Below, piece by piece: positions 20,709 through 29,715 of a stretch of DNA of 64,000 bases. Below the pieces are notes generated by a model, which saw nothing but the letters and a program-made list of their open reading frames with translations, had not been told where the DNA came from and did no database searches. The translations under genes and the position numbers were made by a program. Source of the stretch: an uncultured Bacteroides sp. GTDB lineage: Bacteria; Bacteroidota; Bacteroidia; Bacteroidales; Bacteroidaceae. The number at the start of each line of letters is the position of its first letter. Position 1 is the stretch's first letter. The stretch spans positions 1,593 to 65,592 of the forward strand of contig NZ_CANRPM010000011.1 in the NCBI RefSeq assembly GCF_947632445.1, given 5' to 3'.

Positions 20709-20774
20709 GGAAAGCAGTGCTTTCGTCCTCTCAAAACGATGCTTTCACCCTCGGAAAACTGTGTTTTCTTTCCT
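20709..20774. repeat. Three 22-bp degenerate tandem units
   Basis: ggaaagcagtgctttcgtcctc / tcaaaacgatgctttcaccctc / ggaaaactgtgttttctttcct. Confidence 0.65.
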
Positions 20775-20782
20775 TCTTCATG

Positions 20783-20801
20783 TAACTAAACCTTTTAGTT
20801 A
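20783..20801. promoter_or_regulatory. Palindromic operator TAACTAAA-N3-TTTAGTTA (probable BlaI autoregulatory site)
   Basis: Perfect 8-bp inverted repeat immediately before the BlaI-like ORF. Confidence 0.65.
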
Positions 20802-20803
20802 TT

Positions 20804-21166
20804 ATTAAAGGATTGACCGCAAAAGAAGAAGAAATCATGGGCTTTTTCTGGGAAAAAGGTCCGCTGTTCGTGAAGGAGATACAGGCTTTCTACGACGAAC
20901 TGAAGCCGCATTTCAATACTTTGTCCACTATTGTGCGCGGACTGGAAGAGAAAGACTACCTGTCGCACAAGGCTTATGGCAACACCTATCAGTATTATGT
21001 CACGGTGAGCCGCGAGGACTTCAGTCGCCGCACCCTGCGGAGCGTTATCAGCAAGTACTTCAATAACTCCTATTTGGGAGCCGTTTCTTCGCTGGTGAAG
21101 GAGGAAGACATTTCGTTGAAAGAACTCAAGGAACTGATACAGAATGTCGGGGAGGGACGGTTATGA
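20804..21166 (+). CDS. BlaI/MecI/CopY-family repressor; non-ATG start (ATT 20804 or TTG 20813)
   Basis: (K)GLTAKEEEIMGFFW...HFNTLSTIVRGLEEK..LSH...NTYQYY...YFNNSYLGAVSSLV..ISLKELKELI. Confidence 0.85.
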   Translation: MKGLTAKEEEIMGFFWEKGPLFVKEIQAFYDELKPHFNTLSTIVRGLEEKDYLSHKAYGNTYQYYVTVSREDFSRRTLRSVISKYFNNSYLGAVSSLVKEEDISLKELKELIQNVGEGRL

Positions 21167-21354
21167 AGAGGCATATTCTCTTAATGGTATGGCTGCTGTG
21201 CGGCTTGGTACTGTCTTCTTGGGGGCAGTTCAAACAGATTGAGTCCTTTATTATATTGAAATCCGAAATAGAAATTACATTTGAGAACGGAGGTACGTCA
21301 GTATCTCCGTTTCTTGTTCGGGATGAAACCAGCGGATGTCGGCATCGCGCTTGA
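21163..21354 (+). pseudogene. Truncated signal-peptide gene coupled to BlaI
   Basis: ATG overlaps the BlaI stop; MKRHILLMVWLLCGLVLSSWGQ signal peptide, then runs into the miaA 3' end antisense. Confidence 0.45.
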
Positions 21355-22168
21355 ACCAAGTCATTTGCTTGCGGGAGTAGATGCGAGAGTTCTGCTTGAT
21401 TTTCTCCACGGCGAAGTCCAGTGTCCACTCACCGTCCAGGTAGTTGAAGAGTTCCTTGTAGCCCACGGTGTTCAGTGAGTTGCAGTCTTTGTGCGGATAG
21501 ACGCGGCGGGCTTCTTCCAGCAGACCATCGGCCATCATCTGGTCCACCCGCCGGTTGATGCGGTTGTTGAGTTCCTCACGGTCGCGGGTCAGACCCACTT
21601 TGATGATGTGGAAGGGGCGTGGCTTAGTTTGTCGGGTGCGGAAGGATGTGTAGGTTTTGCCCGTCATGTAGCATATTTCGAGGGCATGGATGACGCGCTT
21701 GGGGTTCTTCAGGTCGACTATCTGGTAGTATTCGGGATCGAGCAGGCGGAGTTCGGCGCACAAGCGGTCAAGGCCTTCCTCTTCGTAGCGTCGGATCATC
21801 AGCGATCGCGTCTCGCTGTCTACAGTGGGAATGTCGTCGATGCCTTTGCACACAGCATCCACGTACATCATGGAGCCGCCGGTCAGGATGACGACTTTTT
21901 TTTCCTTGAACAGCTGCTCAAGAAGTTTTATGACCTCTGCTTCGTATCGGGCGGCGCTGTAGTAATCGGTCAGACCCAGCATACCCACCATGTAGTGCTT
22001 CACCCGCCGAAGCTGTTCTTCGGTTGGGGCGGCCGTACCTATCTTCAGGTCGGCATACAGTTGGCGTGAGTCGGCCGACACGATGCACGTATCGAATGCT
22101 TCTGCCAGCCGCAGGCTCAGTTCCGTCTTGCCTACACCGGTGGGGCCTATGAGTACAAGGAGAGTCAT
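21275..22168 (-). CDS. miaA: tRNA dimethylallyltransferase
   Basis: [48 protein letters not shown]. Confidence 0.97.
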   Translation of the reverse strand: MTLLVLIGPTGVGKTELSLRLAEAFDTCIVSADSRQLYADLKIGTAAPTEEQLRRVKHYMVGMLGLTDYYSAARYEAEVIKLLEQLFKEKKVVILTGGSMMYVDAVCKGIDDIPTVDSETRSLMIRRYEEEGLDRLCAELRLLDPEYYQIVDLKNPKRVIHALEICYMTGKTYTSFRTRQTKPRPFHIIKVGLTRDREELNNRINRRVDQMMADGLLEEARRVYPHKDCNSLNTVGYKELFNYLDGEWTLDFAVEKIKQNSRIYSRKQMTWFKRDADIRWFHPEQETEILTYLRSQM

Positions 22169-22198
22169 TATAATGGATTATCCAGTTTCCCATTGGAT

Positions 22199-22762
22199 TT
22201 AGTATCTGTCTTCGTCGTAAAGATTGCCGTTGCTGTCGTCGTCGAAACCTTCAAAACCGTCTTTGTCGAAGTCATCCATATCGAAGTCTTCGTCGCCGTA
22301 GAAGTTTTCGTCGAGGTCGAGGGTTGCATTGTTCTTGGCTTCAAATTCTGCGAAATCTACCATTTGTTTGGGAGCATCGCCTTTCTTCTTGGTACATTTG
22401 GCACCCTTCATGTTTTTGCCGGTGATGATTTCGGTAAGCTCGATGAAGAAGCAGCGTTCGGTCATATAGTCGAATACGTAGAGCAACTTCTGTTTTTCGT
22501 CTTCTACCAATTCGTCAATGCGGGTATTTTTCATCACCCAGTTGTCTGTTTCAGAGCTGTCGTCCATTTCTTCCAAGGTCACTTCTTTTTCCTTTTCCCA
22601 GTCTTCGTCGCAGATGAAGAACGATGTCATCTGGTCATCCGTATATCCGACAGATTGAAGAATTATTTCGTGGAAGTCGTAGAAAGTGGATTCCGGGTCG
22701 ATCTGTATCTCTCTGACAAAATCATCCGATTCGTCAGAGATAAGGGTAAATCTATAAATCAT
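22199..22762 (-). CDS. Plasmid pRiA4b ORF-3-like protein
   Basis: FVREIQIDPESTFYDFHEII, LLYVFDYMTER, acidic C-tail; sits between lpxA and miaA. Confidence 0.8.
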   Translation of the reverse strand: MIYRFTLISDESDDFVREIQIDPESTFYDFHEIILQSVGYTDDQMTSFFICDEDWEKEKEVTLEEMDDSSETDNWVMKNTRIDELVEDEKQKLLYVFDYMTERCFFIELTEIITGKNMKGAKCTKKKGDAPKQMVDFAEFEAKNNATLDLDENFYGDEDFDMDDFDKDGFEGFDDDSNGNLYDEDRY

Positions 22763-22795
22763 AGTTTGAATTTGTTGGTTACTTTGTTATCTTTC

Positions 22796-23572
22796 TTATT
22801 TCCCTCCGGGGATAATACCCCGTTCGGAACTACGTATGAAGTCAACGATGTAGCGTATTTCAGGTGTCATCTCCATCTCTGCCTCTATTTTGTTAAGGGC
22901 TTCGGTCGTGTTCAGGCCGCTCTGGTAGACAAGGCGATAGGCATTGTGGATGGCTTCGATGATTTCGTTGGAGAAGCCTCGGCGGCGCAGGCCTACGATG
23001 TTAATGCCTGCATAGCAGGTGGGTTCTCGTCCGGCAATGATATAGGGCGGGACGTCCTTGCTGAAGCGGCATCCTCCCTGAATCATACCATAACCGCCTA
23101 CGCGGCAGAACTGGTGCATCAGCACGCCTCCGCTGATAATGGAGTTGTCGTCAATTACGATTTCTCCTGCCATTTTCGTCGAATTGCCGATGATGCATCC
23201 GTTGCCTATTTGGGCATCGTGGGCTACGTGTACGCCTTCCATCAGCAGGTTATGATTGCCCACGATGGTACGTCCTTTGGCAGCCGTACCACGATTGATG
23301 GTCACGTTTTCGCGGATGGTGTTGTTGTCGCCAATCTCGGCGGTTGTCTCTTCGCCTCTGAACTTCAGATCCTGGGGGATGGCACCGATGACGGCACCGG
23401 GGAAGATTGTGTTGCCGTTTCCGATACGGCTGCCATACAGAATGCTGGCGTGAGCCATTATCTTATTGTTGTCACCGATGACTACATTCTTGTCAATGAA
23501 GACAAAGGGAGCGATTTCCACATTCTCGCCGATCTTCGCTTCGGGATGGATGTATGCTAAGGGACTAATCAT
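22796..23572 (-). CDS. lpxA: UDP-N-acetylglucosamine acyltransferase
   Basis: Hexapeptide repeats, PQDLKF, IRENVTINRGT, HVAHD, MHQFCRVG. Confidence 0.97.
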   Translation of the reverse strand: MISPLAYIHPEAKIGENVEIAPFVFIDKNVVIGDNNKIMAHASILYGSRIGNGNTIFPGAVIGAIPQDLKFRGEETTAEIGDNNTIRENVTINRGTAAKGRTIVGNHNLLMEGVHVAHDAQIGNGCIIGNSTKMAGEIVIDDNSIISGGVLMHQFCRVGGYGMIQGGCRFSKDVPPYIIAGREPTCYAGINIVGLRRRGFSNEIIEAIHNAYRLVYQSGLNTTEALNKIEAEMEMTPEIRYIVDFIRSSERGIIPGGK

Positions 23573-23645
23573 ACTATGAATTGAAAAATTAAAAATGGAT
23601 AATGGTTTCGTTTATTTTTCATTCTCCATTTTCCATTGAATTTAT

Positions 23646-25031
23646 TTATTTGTTCTTTACTATCTGTGCCATGAATTCAGCTTCACACACCACCTTTTCG
23701 CCTACAAAGATGTAGCCTTTCATGGTGGAGATGCTGCGGCGAATGGGGGAGACCAGCTCCACGCGGAATATCAGTGTGTCGCCGGGTACCACCTTCTGGC
23801 GGAACTTCACGCCGTCTATCTTTAGAAAGTAGGTGGAATAGCGTTCGGGCTCATCGACGGAGTTCAGCGCCAGCAGGCCGCCTGTCTGTGCCATTGCTTC
23901 GATTTGGAGTACACCTGGCATGACCGGTTCATGCGGGAAGTGGCCGACGAAGAAAGGTTCGTTGGCTGTAACGTTCTTCACGCCTACGATGTAGTTAGCG
24001 CCTATTTCGATCACCTTGTCTACCAGCTGCATGGGGTAGCGGTGGGGCAGGAGCTCACGGATGCGGTTCACGTCCATGATAGGCGGACGGTTGCAATCGT
24101 ACGTCGGAGCCTGTATTTCGTGCAGACGGATTTCTTTGCGCATCTGGCGGGCGAACTTATTGTTGATGGTGTGGCCCGGGCGGGTAGCGATGATGCGTCC
24201 CTTGATGGGCTTACCGATCAGGGCCATATCGCCGATGACGTCTAGTAGCTTGTGGCGTGCACATTCGTTGGGCCATACCAATGGTTTGTGGTTGATGTAT
24301 CCCAGTTGCTTGGCATCCATGTGGGGCACGCCCATCACATCAGCCAGCTTGTCGAAGTTTTCTTGCGACATCTCGCGTTCGTAGATGACGATGGCATTGT
24401 CCAAATCGCCTCCCTTGATGAGGCCTGCCTGGAGCAGATGCTCAATCTCCCGCACAAAGACGAAGGTGCGGCTGGCAGCCACTTCGTCCTTGAACTTGCC
24501 CATATCTTCCAGCGTGGCAAACTGGTTGGGCAGGATAGTCGAGTCGTAAGATATCAGTACGTTCAGGCTGAAGCTCTCGTCGGGCAGCAGGATGATGGAC
24601 GAACCGGTCTTTTCGTCACGGAATTCCGTTTTCGACTTGATGATATAGAAATCTTTTACAGCGTTCTGTTCTTCAATGCCTACACGTTCTATTTCGTTTA
24701 CATAATATTGGGCGCTTCCGTCCAGAATAGGGAATTCGGGGCCGTTCACTTGTATCAGGCAATTATCTATGCCCAAAGCATAGAGGGCTGCCATGCCATG
24801 TTCTATGGTGCTGACCTTCACATTGTTCTTGGCCAGTACAGTGCCGCGTGTCGTCTCGACTACGTTTTCAGCCACTGCGTCGATGACGGGCTGTCCTTCA
24901 AGGTCGGTCCGCTGGATTTTATATCCATGATTTTCGGGAGCCGGGTTGAAGGTTACGGTCAGGTGAAGACCTGTGTGAAGGCCTTTTCCACTGAGCGAAA
25001 AGCTGTCTTTCAGAGTCTTTTGTTTCAACAT
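23646..25031 (-). CDS. lpxC-fabZ: Bifunctional LpxC/FabZ
   Basis: [26 protein letters not shown], then [28 protein letters not shown]. Confidence 0.97.
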   Translation of the reverse strand: MLKQKTLKDSFSLSGKGLHTGLHLTVTFNPAPENHGYKIQRTDLEGQPVIDAVAENVVETTRGTVLAKNNVKVSTIEHGMAALYALGIDNCLIQVNGPEFPILDGSAQYYVNEIERVGIEEQNAVKDFYIIKSKTEFRDEKTGSSIILLPDESFSLNVLISYDSTILPNQFATLEDMGKFKDEVAASRTFVFVREIEHLLQAGLIKGGDLDNAIVIYEREMSQENFDKLADVMGVPHMDAKQLGYINHKPLVWPNECARHKLLDVIGDMALIGKPIKGRIIATRPGHTINNKFARQMRKEIRLHEIQAPTYDCNRPPIMDVNRIRELLPHRYPMQLVDKVIEIGANYIVGVKNVTANEPFFVGHFPHEPVMPGVLQIEAMAQTGGLLALNSVDEPERYSTYFLKIDGVKFRQKVVPGDTLIFRVELVSPIRRSISTMKGYIFVGEKVVCEAEFMAQIVKNK

Positions 25032-25034
25032 GGA

Positions 25035-26075
25035 TTATTTCTTTAATTGTTGTTTCAGTTCGTTCAATTCTTTACGGAGTGCATCCAGCTCGAAATACAT
25101 GTCAGGCAGCTTGCGGAAAATGGCCTGTGACTTGAAGTAAGATATTTCTTTCATGGGCGGCGTACCCATCAGACGCTGGTTGCTCTTAGTGCTGCTGGGT
25201 ACACCCGACTGGGCGCCAAGCGTTACCTTGTCGCCGATACGGATATGGCCGGAAATACCTACCTGTCCACCGAACATGCACCATTCGCCCACCTTGGTCG
25301 AACCGGCGACACCAACTTGTGCGGCCATCACCGTGTGCGAACCTATCTCGTCGTTGTGGGCTATCTGGATGAGGTTGTCCAGCTTCACGCCGCTGTGTAC
25401 GATGGTGGCTCCCATAGTGGCACGGTCTACGCATGTATTGGCACCTATCTCTACGTTATCTTCGAGAATCGTGATGCCGATTTGTGGAATTTTTTCGTAA
25501 CCTTCGGACGTGGGGGCAAATCCGAAGCCGTCGGCGCCGATGACGCATCCGGCATGCAGAATGCAGGAGTTGCCCACGCGACAGTCGTGGTAGACGGTTG
25601 CGCCCGGATAGAGAATACAATGGCTGCCCACACGGGCTCCGGCACATACGGTGGCGTGCGGATGCAGGGCCGTATCGTCGCCGATTTCCACCCCATCGCC
25701 AACGTAGGCAAAGGGGGCTATGTAGACGTTTTCTCCCACCTTGGCTGTGGGGGCTACATAGGCCAGCGGGTCGATTCCTTTCAGCTGGGGTTTACTCTGT
25801 TCGTAGAGCGTAAGCAGCTTGGCAAGGCTCTCATAGGCATTCTCCACCTTGATGAGAGTGGCTTTTATTTCATGTTCGGGCTCAAAATCCTTATTCACCA
25901 AAATGATGCTGGCCTTCGATTTATAAATGTAATGAGTGTATTTCGGATTGGACAGGAAAGACAATGCGCCGGGGATTCCTTCTTCTATTTTGGCGAAAGT
26001 ATGTACGGTCGCATTTTCATTCCCCACGATTTCTCCTTGTATATAGGCAGCTATTTGTTTGGCTGAAAATTCCAT
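25035..26075 (-). CDS. lpxD: UDP-3-O-acylglucosamine N-acyltransferase
   Basis: [25 protein letters not shown]-type [19 protein letters not shown]. Confidence 0.97.
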   Translation of the reverse strand: MEFSAKQIAAYIQGEIVGNENATVHTFAKIEEGIPGALSFLSNPKYTHYIYKSKASIILVNKDFEPEHEIKATLIKVENAYESLAKLLTLYEQSKPQLKGIDPLAYVAPTAKVGENVYIAPFAYVGDGVEIGDDTALHPHATVCAGARVGSHCILYPGATVYHDCRVGNSCILHAGCVIGADGFGFAPTSEGYEKIPQIGITILEDNVEIGANTCVDRATMGATIVHSGVKLDNLIQIAHNDEIGSHTVMAAQVGVAGSTKVGEWCMFGGQVGISGHIRIGDKVTLGAQSGVPSSTKSNQRLMGTPPMKEISYFKSQAIFRKLPDMYFELDALRKELNELKQQLKK

Positions 26076-26160
26076 GTTCGTTTCTTGCTAAATGGTTTTC
26101 AAAACACAAATAACGGACTTTTTTTTTATATTTCCTTGTCATTGGGTGAATATTTTATAC

Positions 26161-27390
26161 CTATGTATGTAACCTTAGGTAACAAAGGTAGTATTTTTTT
26201 ACCTTCTTCGAGAGCAGATGGATGTTGAGCATATCCGATGCTTCGGAGATGTTCTTCGTGGTTCCGTCCTTGTAAAGGATGTCGATGCTGTCGTCGGCAG
26301 GGTTGTACATGTTCTTCTCGATACTGGGGACGGAGACGAACCAGGCGGCTTCGGCAGGCGTCACATTCAGCGCGGTGGCTATTTCTGCCACTAATTCCTG
26401 CTTGCGTTTCTCGGTGGCCGGCTTGGTGGAGATTTCTACCTTGAACAGGCGGCGGTTCACCATGCCCGTGCTCAGTGTGGAGAGCACCTTGTCGGGATGG
26501 TCGCTCCATACCTTGAGAGCTGTCCAGATGTCGTTGTCGTCCAAACGGATGAAGTTTTCCAGACAGGCCGGGTCGTTGTAGAAGCGGCTGCGGTCTACAT
26601 CGTTATAGAGGAAGAAGCGCAGGGCGGGCGAGGCAAAGAGGTTTTCGCCTGCGGCAGCCAGCTCCTTGGCACGTAGCAGGGCGGCGATAAGCATCCGCTC
26701 GTAGGCTACGGAAACCTTGTGCAGATACACTTGCCAGTACATCAGACGGCGGGCCATGAGGAAGTTCTCGATGGAATAGATGCCTTTTTCCTCGACGACA
26801 AGGTGGTCGTCCTTCACGTCGAGCATCTTGATGATGCGTGCCGAGCCGATGTTTCCCTCGGTGACGCCCGTGTAGAAGCTGTCACGCCGCAGGTAGTCCA
26901 GACGATCCATGTCCAGCTGTCCGCTGACCAGCTGGTGAAGGAAGCGCTTGGGATACTCGTCTTTGAATATCTGAATGGCCAGTGTGAGTTGTCCGTTCAT
27001 CTCGCGGTTGATGCGCTCCATCAGCAGCAGGGAGATGTCTTCGTGGGAGACGCCGCGCACGATGGTATCTTCCAGCACGTGCGAGAAAGGACCGTGCCCG
27101 ATGTCGTGCATCAGAATGGCCGCTTTGACGGCTTCGGCCTCGCTGTCGAAGATGAAGTTTCCCTTGGCCGTCAGGTGCTGGATGGCTTCAGTCATCAGGT
27201 AGAAAGCGCCGAGCGAGTGCTGGAAGCGCGTATGTTGGGCGCCCGGATAAACCACAGACGACAAGCCCAACTGGCGGATGCGCGTCAGACGTTGCAGCAG
27301 GGGATGGCGCACAAGATCGTAGAGCAGCCCCTTGGGAATATTGATAAATCCGAAGACAGGGTCGTTGATGATTTTACGTTCGTAACTCAT
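26161..27390 (-). CDS. HD-domain phosphohydrolase
   Basis: DPVFG, RLTRIRQLG, HTRFQHSLG, HDIGHGPFSH, DMDRLDYLRRDS, MYWQVYLHK. Confidence 0.93.
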   Translation of the reverse strand: MSYERKIINDPVFGFINIPKGLLYDLVRHPLLQRLTRIRQLGLSSVVYPGAQHTRFQHSLGAFYLMTEAIQHLTAKGNFIFDSEAEAVKAAILMHDIGHGPFSHVLEDTIVRGVSHEDISLLLMERINREMNGQLTLAIQIFKDEYPKRFLHQLVSGQLDMDRLDYLRRDSFYTGVTEGNIGSARIIKMLDVKDDHLVVEEKGIYSIENFLMARRLMYWQVYLHKVSVAYERMLIAALLRAKELAAAGENLFASPALRFFLYNDVDRSRFYNDPACLENFIRLDDNDIWTALKVWSDHPDKVLSTLSTGMVNRRLFKVEISTKPATEKRKQELVAEIATALNVTPAEAAWFVSVPSIEKNMYNPADDSIDILYKDGTTKNISEASDMLNIHLLSKKVKKYYLCYLRLHT

Positions 27391-27468
27391 GGATTCTGTT
27401 ATTAGGGTAGGGATGTGATGAGACGGTGGGCCGATGGGGCCCGTTCATCGTTTTTGTACTCCCGGTTC

Positions 27469-27580
27469 AAAGCCTTTGAACTGTCAGTTCACTCCGTTTG
27501 AACCGTCAGTTTAAAGGCTTTATACTCTCAGTTTATCACGCTTAAACTGAGAGTTTATTTTTATTAAACTGAAATAAACT
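27469..27580. repeat. Five 22-bp degenerate tandem units, each with an AACTG/CAGTT palindrome
   Basis: Cores tttgaactgtcagttc (27475), tttgaaccgtcagttt (27497), tttatactctcagttt (27519), cttaaactgagagttt (27541), attaaactgaaa (27563). Confidence 0.75.
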
Positions 27581-27593
27581 GTTTGCCGGCTGA

Positions 27594-28073
27594 TTACCAA
27601 TAAGTTTCCTCGACGTAGCTATCGAACTCCGGTTCGGATTTAAGTCCCGCCCAACGGAAGACGTTGGCTATGGCCTGTTGCTCCTTGGGCGTGATAAGCC
27701 GTTCGCCCTTCCGGCTTTGGAAGTAATAGCTTCGGCAGGAGAAGCAGGCCATGATACGGCGCCTGATGTCCGCCTCCAGCCGGTGGGGGATTTCGTCGAA
27801 CAATTTCGTCATGCCTTGTGCAAAGCGCACGGGCATGCTGTCGCGGTAGTATTCGCATCCGTCCTGAGCATGGGCAATGCAGGCAGGGTGCACGATGCGG
27901 ATGGGGTTTGGCTTGTCCGAAGTTTCCGTTACCGGCAGACGGCGGTAGGCAATGGCACGCAGGCAGTGCGGGGCACGGGGACAAGCCTCGTCGGCAGCAG
28001 GGCAGCAGATATAGTCTTTGGGCATGTTGTCCGTCTTTCCTGAGACGGTGGCAACTTTGTTTTCGTGGTTCAT
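27594..28073 (-). CDS. Cys-rich hypothetical protein (DUF6078-like)
   Basis: CCPAADEACPRAPHCLR, GCEYYRD..PVRFAQGM, YFQSRKGERLITPKEQ..I..VFR..G....PEFD.Y. Confidence 0.7.
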   Translation of the reverse strand: MNHENKVATVSGKTDNMPKDYICCPAADEACPRAPHCLRAIAYRRLPVTETSDKPNPIRIVHPACIAHAQDGCEYYRDSMPVRFAQGMTKLFDEIPHRLEADIRRRIMACFSCRSYYFQSRKGERLITPKEQQAIANVFRWAGLKSEPEFDSYVEETYW

Positions 28074-28284
28074 GGTTGAATGTCTTTATTAGTTTACGCC
28101 CAAAGGTAGGGGATTTTAAGGAGATAAACAAGGAAGAGCGGGGAAGAGTGTGGAAGAAACCGGTGCATCTATCCGTAAATTCCGTCATTTTTTCCGTAAT
28201 CCATATACATGCCGGAGGCGTCTGCCGCTGTATCTTTGCATCAAAAACTCGAAAGCTTTTTCGCCATGAAGACCTGCTTGTTGG

Positions 28285-28482
28285 TTGCTGTCTTCCTGTC
28301 ACGGACTTTGGATGGCAGCGGCTTGCGCGTCGGACTTCGGATTGGATAGCGGTCTCACCGTGACCGGACAGCCCGTTCCGTATACCCACCTCAGCAAGAT
28401 CGACAACATGTCGGAAAGTGAATCGAAAGCCGCTTTAGGTGAGGAAGATGTCACCGTGACCCTCGCTTTGGGCGATGAATAG
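28285..28482 (+). pseudogene. Possible C-terminal remnant of a cyclophilin-like-fold protein
   Basis: YTHLSKIDNMSESESKAALGEEDVTVTLAL resembles the C-terminus of such proteins; follows a TATCTTTG promoter (28231-28238). Weak. Confidence 0.3.
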
Positions 28483-28485
28483 TGT

Positions 28486-29595
28486 ATGAACTATAATGAT
28501 AAGATAGAAGACATGAACAGAAAGAAAACCATCCCCTGCCTGCTGGCAGCCCTCTTGCTGACAGGCCTCACCGCCCCAAGTGCGGCAAACGGGACAGATA
28601 AGTATAACCCTTTAAACCAGCATGATATGGAAAAATTGGAACTAACGAATGAATGGGACAAAGTGTTCCCGCAGAGCGACAAAGTAAATCATAGTAAAGT
28701 GACCTTCCACAACCGCTACGGCGTTACGCTTGCGGCCGATCTCTACGTGCCGAAGAACGTTACGGGCAAGTTGGCAGCCATTGCTGTAAGCGGACCGTTC
28801 GGCGCTGTCAAGGAGCAGTCGTCCGGTCTCTATGCACAGACGCTGGCCGAACGCGGCTTCCTGACCATAGCTTTCGACCCTTCTTTTACAGGCGAGAGCG
28901 GAGGCCAGCCCCGCTACGTGGCTTCACCTGACATCAATACGGAAGACTTCTGTGCAGCAGTGGACTATCTGTCTACCCGCGAAGACGTGGATCCCAAACG
29001 CATCGGCATTCTCGGCATCTGCGGTTGGGGAGGCATGGCGCTGAACGCCGCTGCCATCGACACACGCATCAAGGCCACAGTCACCTCGACGATGTACGAC
29101 ATGAGCCGCGTGAATGCCAACGGTTACTTCGACTCAATGGATGCCGACCAGCGTTACGAACTCCGCTGTCAGCTCAACGTCCAACGTACAGTCGATTACC
29201 GCAACGGCTCTTATGAACGGGCCGGCGGTGTGGTAGATCCGCTGCCTGCCGACGCTCCCCAATTCGTAAAAGACTATTATGCCTACTACAAGACGCCGCG
29301 CGGTTACCACACGCGTTCGCTCAACTCGAACGACGGATGGAACAAGACATCTGCGTTGTCTTTCCTTAACATGCCCATCCTGACCTATAGCAACGAGATA
29401 CGCAGTGCCGTCCTGATGATTCACGGCGAGAAAGCCCATTCGTGCTACTTCAGCCGGGATGCGTTCCAGAAGCTGACGGGCGACAACAAGGAACTGCTTA
29501 TCATCCCCGGCGCCAATCATACCGACCTGTATGACAACCTGAAAGTGATTCCTTTCGACAAGATTGAAAGTTTCTTCAAGAAATATCTGAAGTAA
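28486..29595 (+). CDS. Secreted alpha/beta hydrolase (COG1073-like)
   Basis: VTFHNRYGVTLAADLY, GPFGAVKEQSSGLYA, GICGWGG, IHGEKAHS, GANHTDLYD. Confidence 0.9.
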   Translation: MNYNDKIEDMNRKKTIPCLLAALLLTGLTAPSAANGTDKYNPLNQHDMEKLELTNEWDKVFPQSDKVNHSKVTFHNRYGVTLAADLYVPKNVTGKLAAIAVSGPFGAVKEQSSGLYAQTLAERGFLTIAFDPSFTGESGGQPRYVASPDINTEDFCAAVDYLSTREDVDPKRIGILGICGWGGMALNAAAIDTRIKATVTSTMYDMSRVNANGYFDSMDADQRYELRCQLNVQRTVDYRNGSYERAGGVVDPLPADAPQFVKDYYAYYKTPRGYHTRSLNSNDGWNKTSALSFLNMPILTYSNEIRSAVLMIHGEKAHSCYFSRDAFQKLTGDNKELLIIPGANHTDLYDNLKVIPFDKIESFFKKYLK

Positions 29596-29642
29596 GCGGG
29601 GAAACTATTCGGGCGTGGATGACGCGGATTTCATGTTATAGC

Positions 29643-29702
29643 AGACAAATTGACAAAGCTGCAAGTTTAAAGATTTCTTTTTGTGGCTTTGTCAATTCGT
29701 CT
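29643..29702. terminator. Long inverted repeat between convergent genes
   Basis: AGACAAATTGACAAAGC ... GCTTTGTCAATTCGTCT (17 bp, one mismatch). Confidence 0.6.
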
Positions 29703-29715
29703 GTTTTTCCACTCC

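Noticed and set aside
22193-23560. 455-aa plus-strand ORF, and many other long antisense ORFs (e.g. 4890-5969, 16963-17640, 25245-26066, 49232-50056)
   Set aside because: Shadow frames of well-supported genes in GC-rich coding DNA; no motifs of their own.
23575-23645. AATTGAAAA / TTTTCCATT low-complexity inverted tract between lpxC and lpxA
   Set aside because: Common short intergenic palindrome; nothing specific to test.
26161-27390. HD protein as an antiphage dNTPase
   Set aside because: Sits in its usual housekeeping position upstream of lpxD with host-like composition.
27469-27580. Periodic repeats as a possible CRISPR array
   Set aside because: Units abut without unique spacers, are degenerate, and no cas genes are present.
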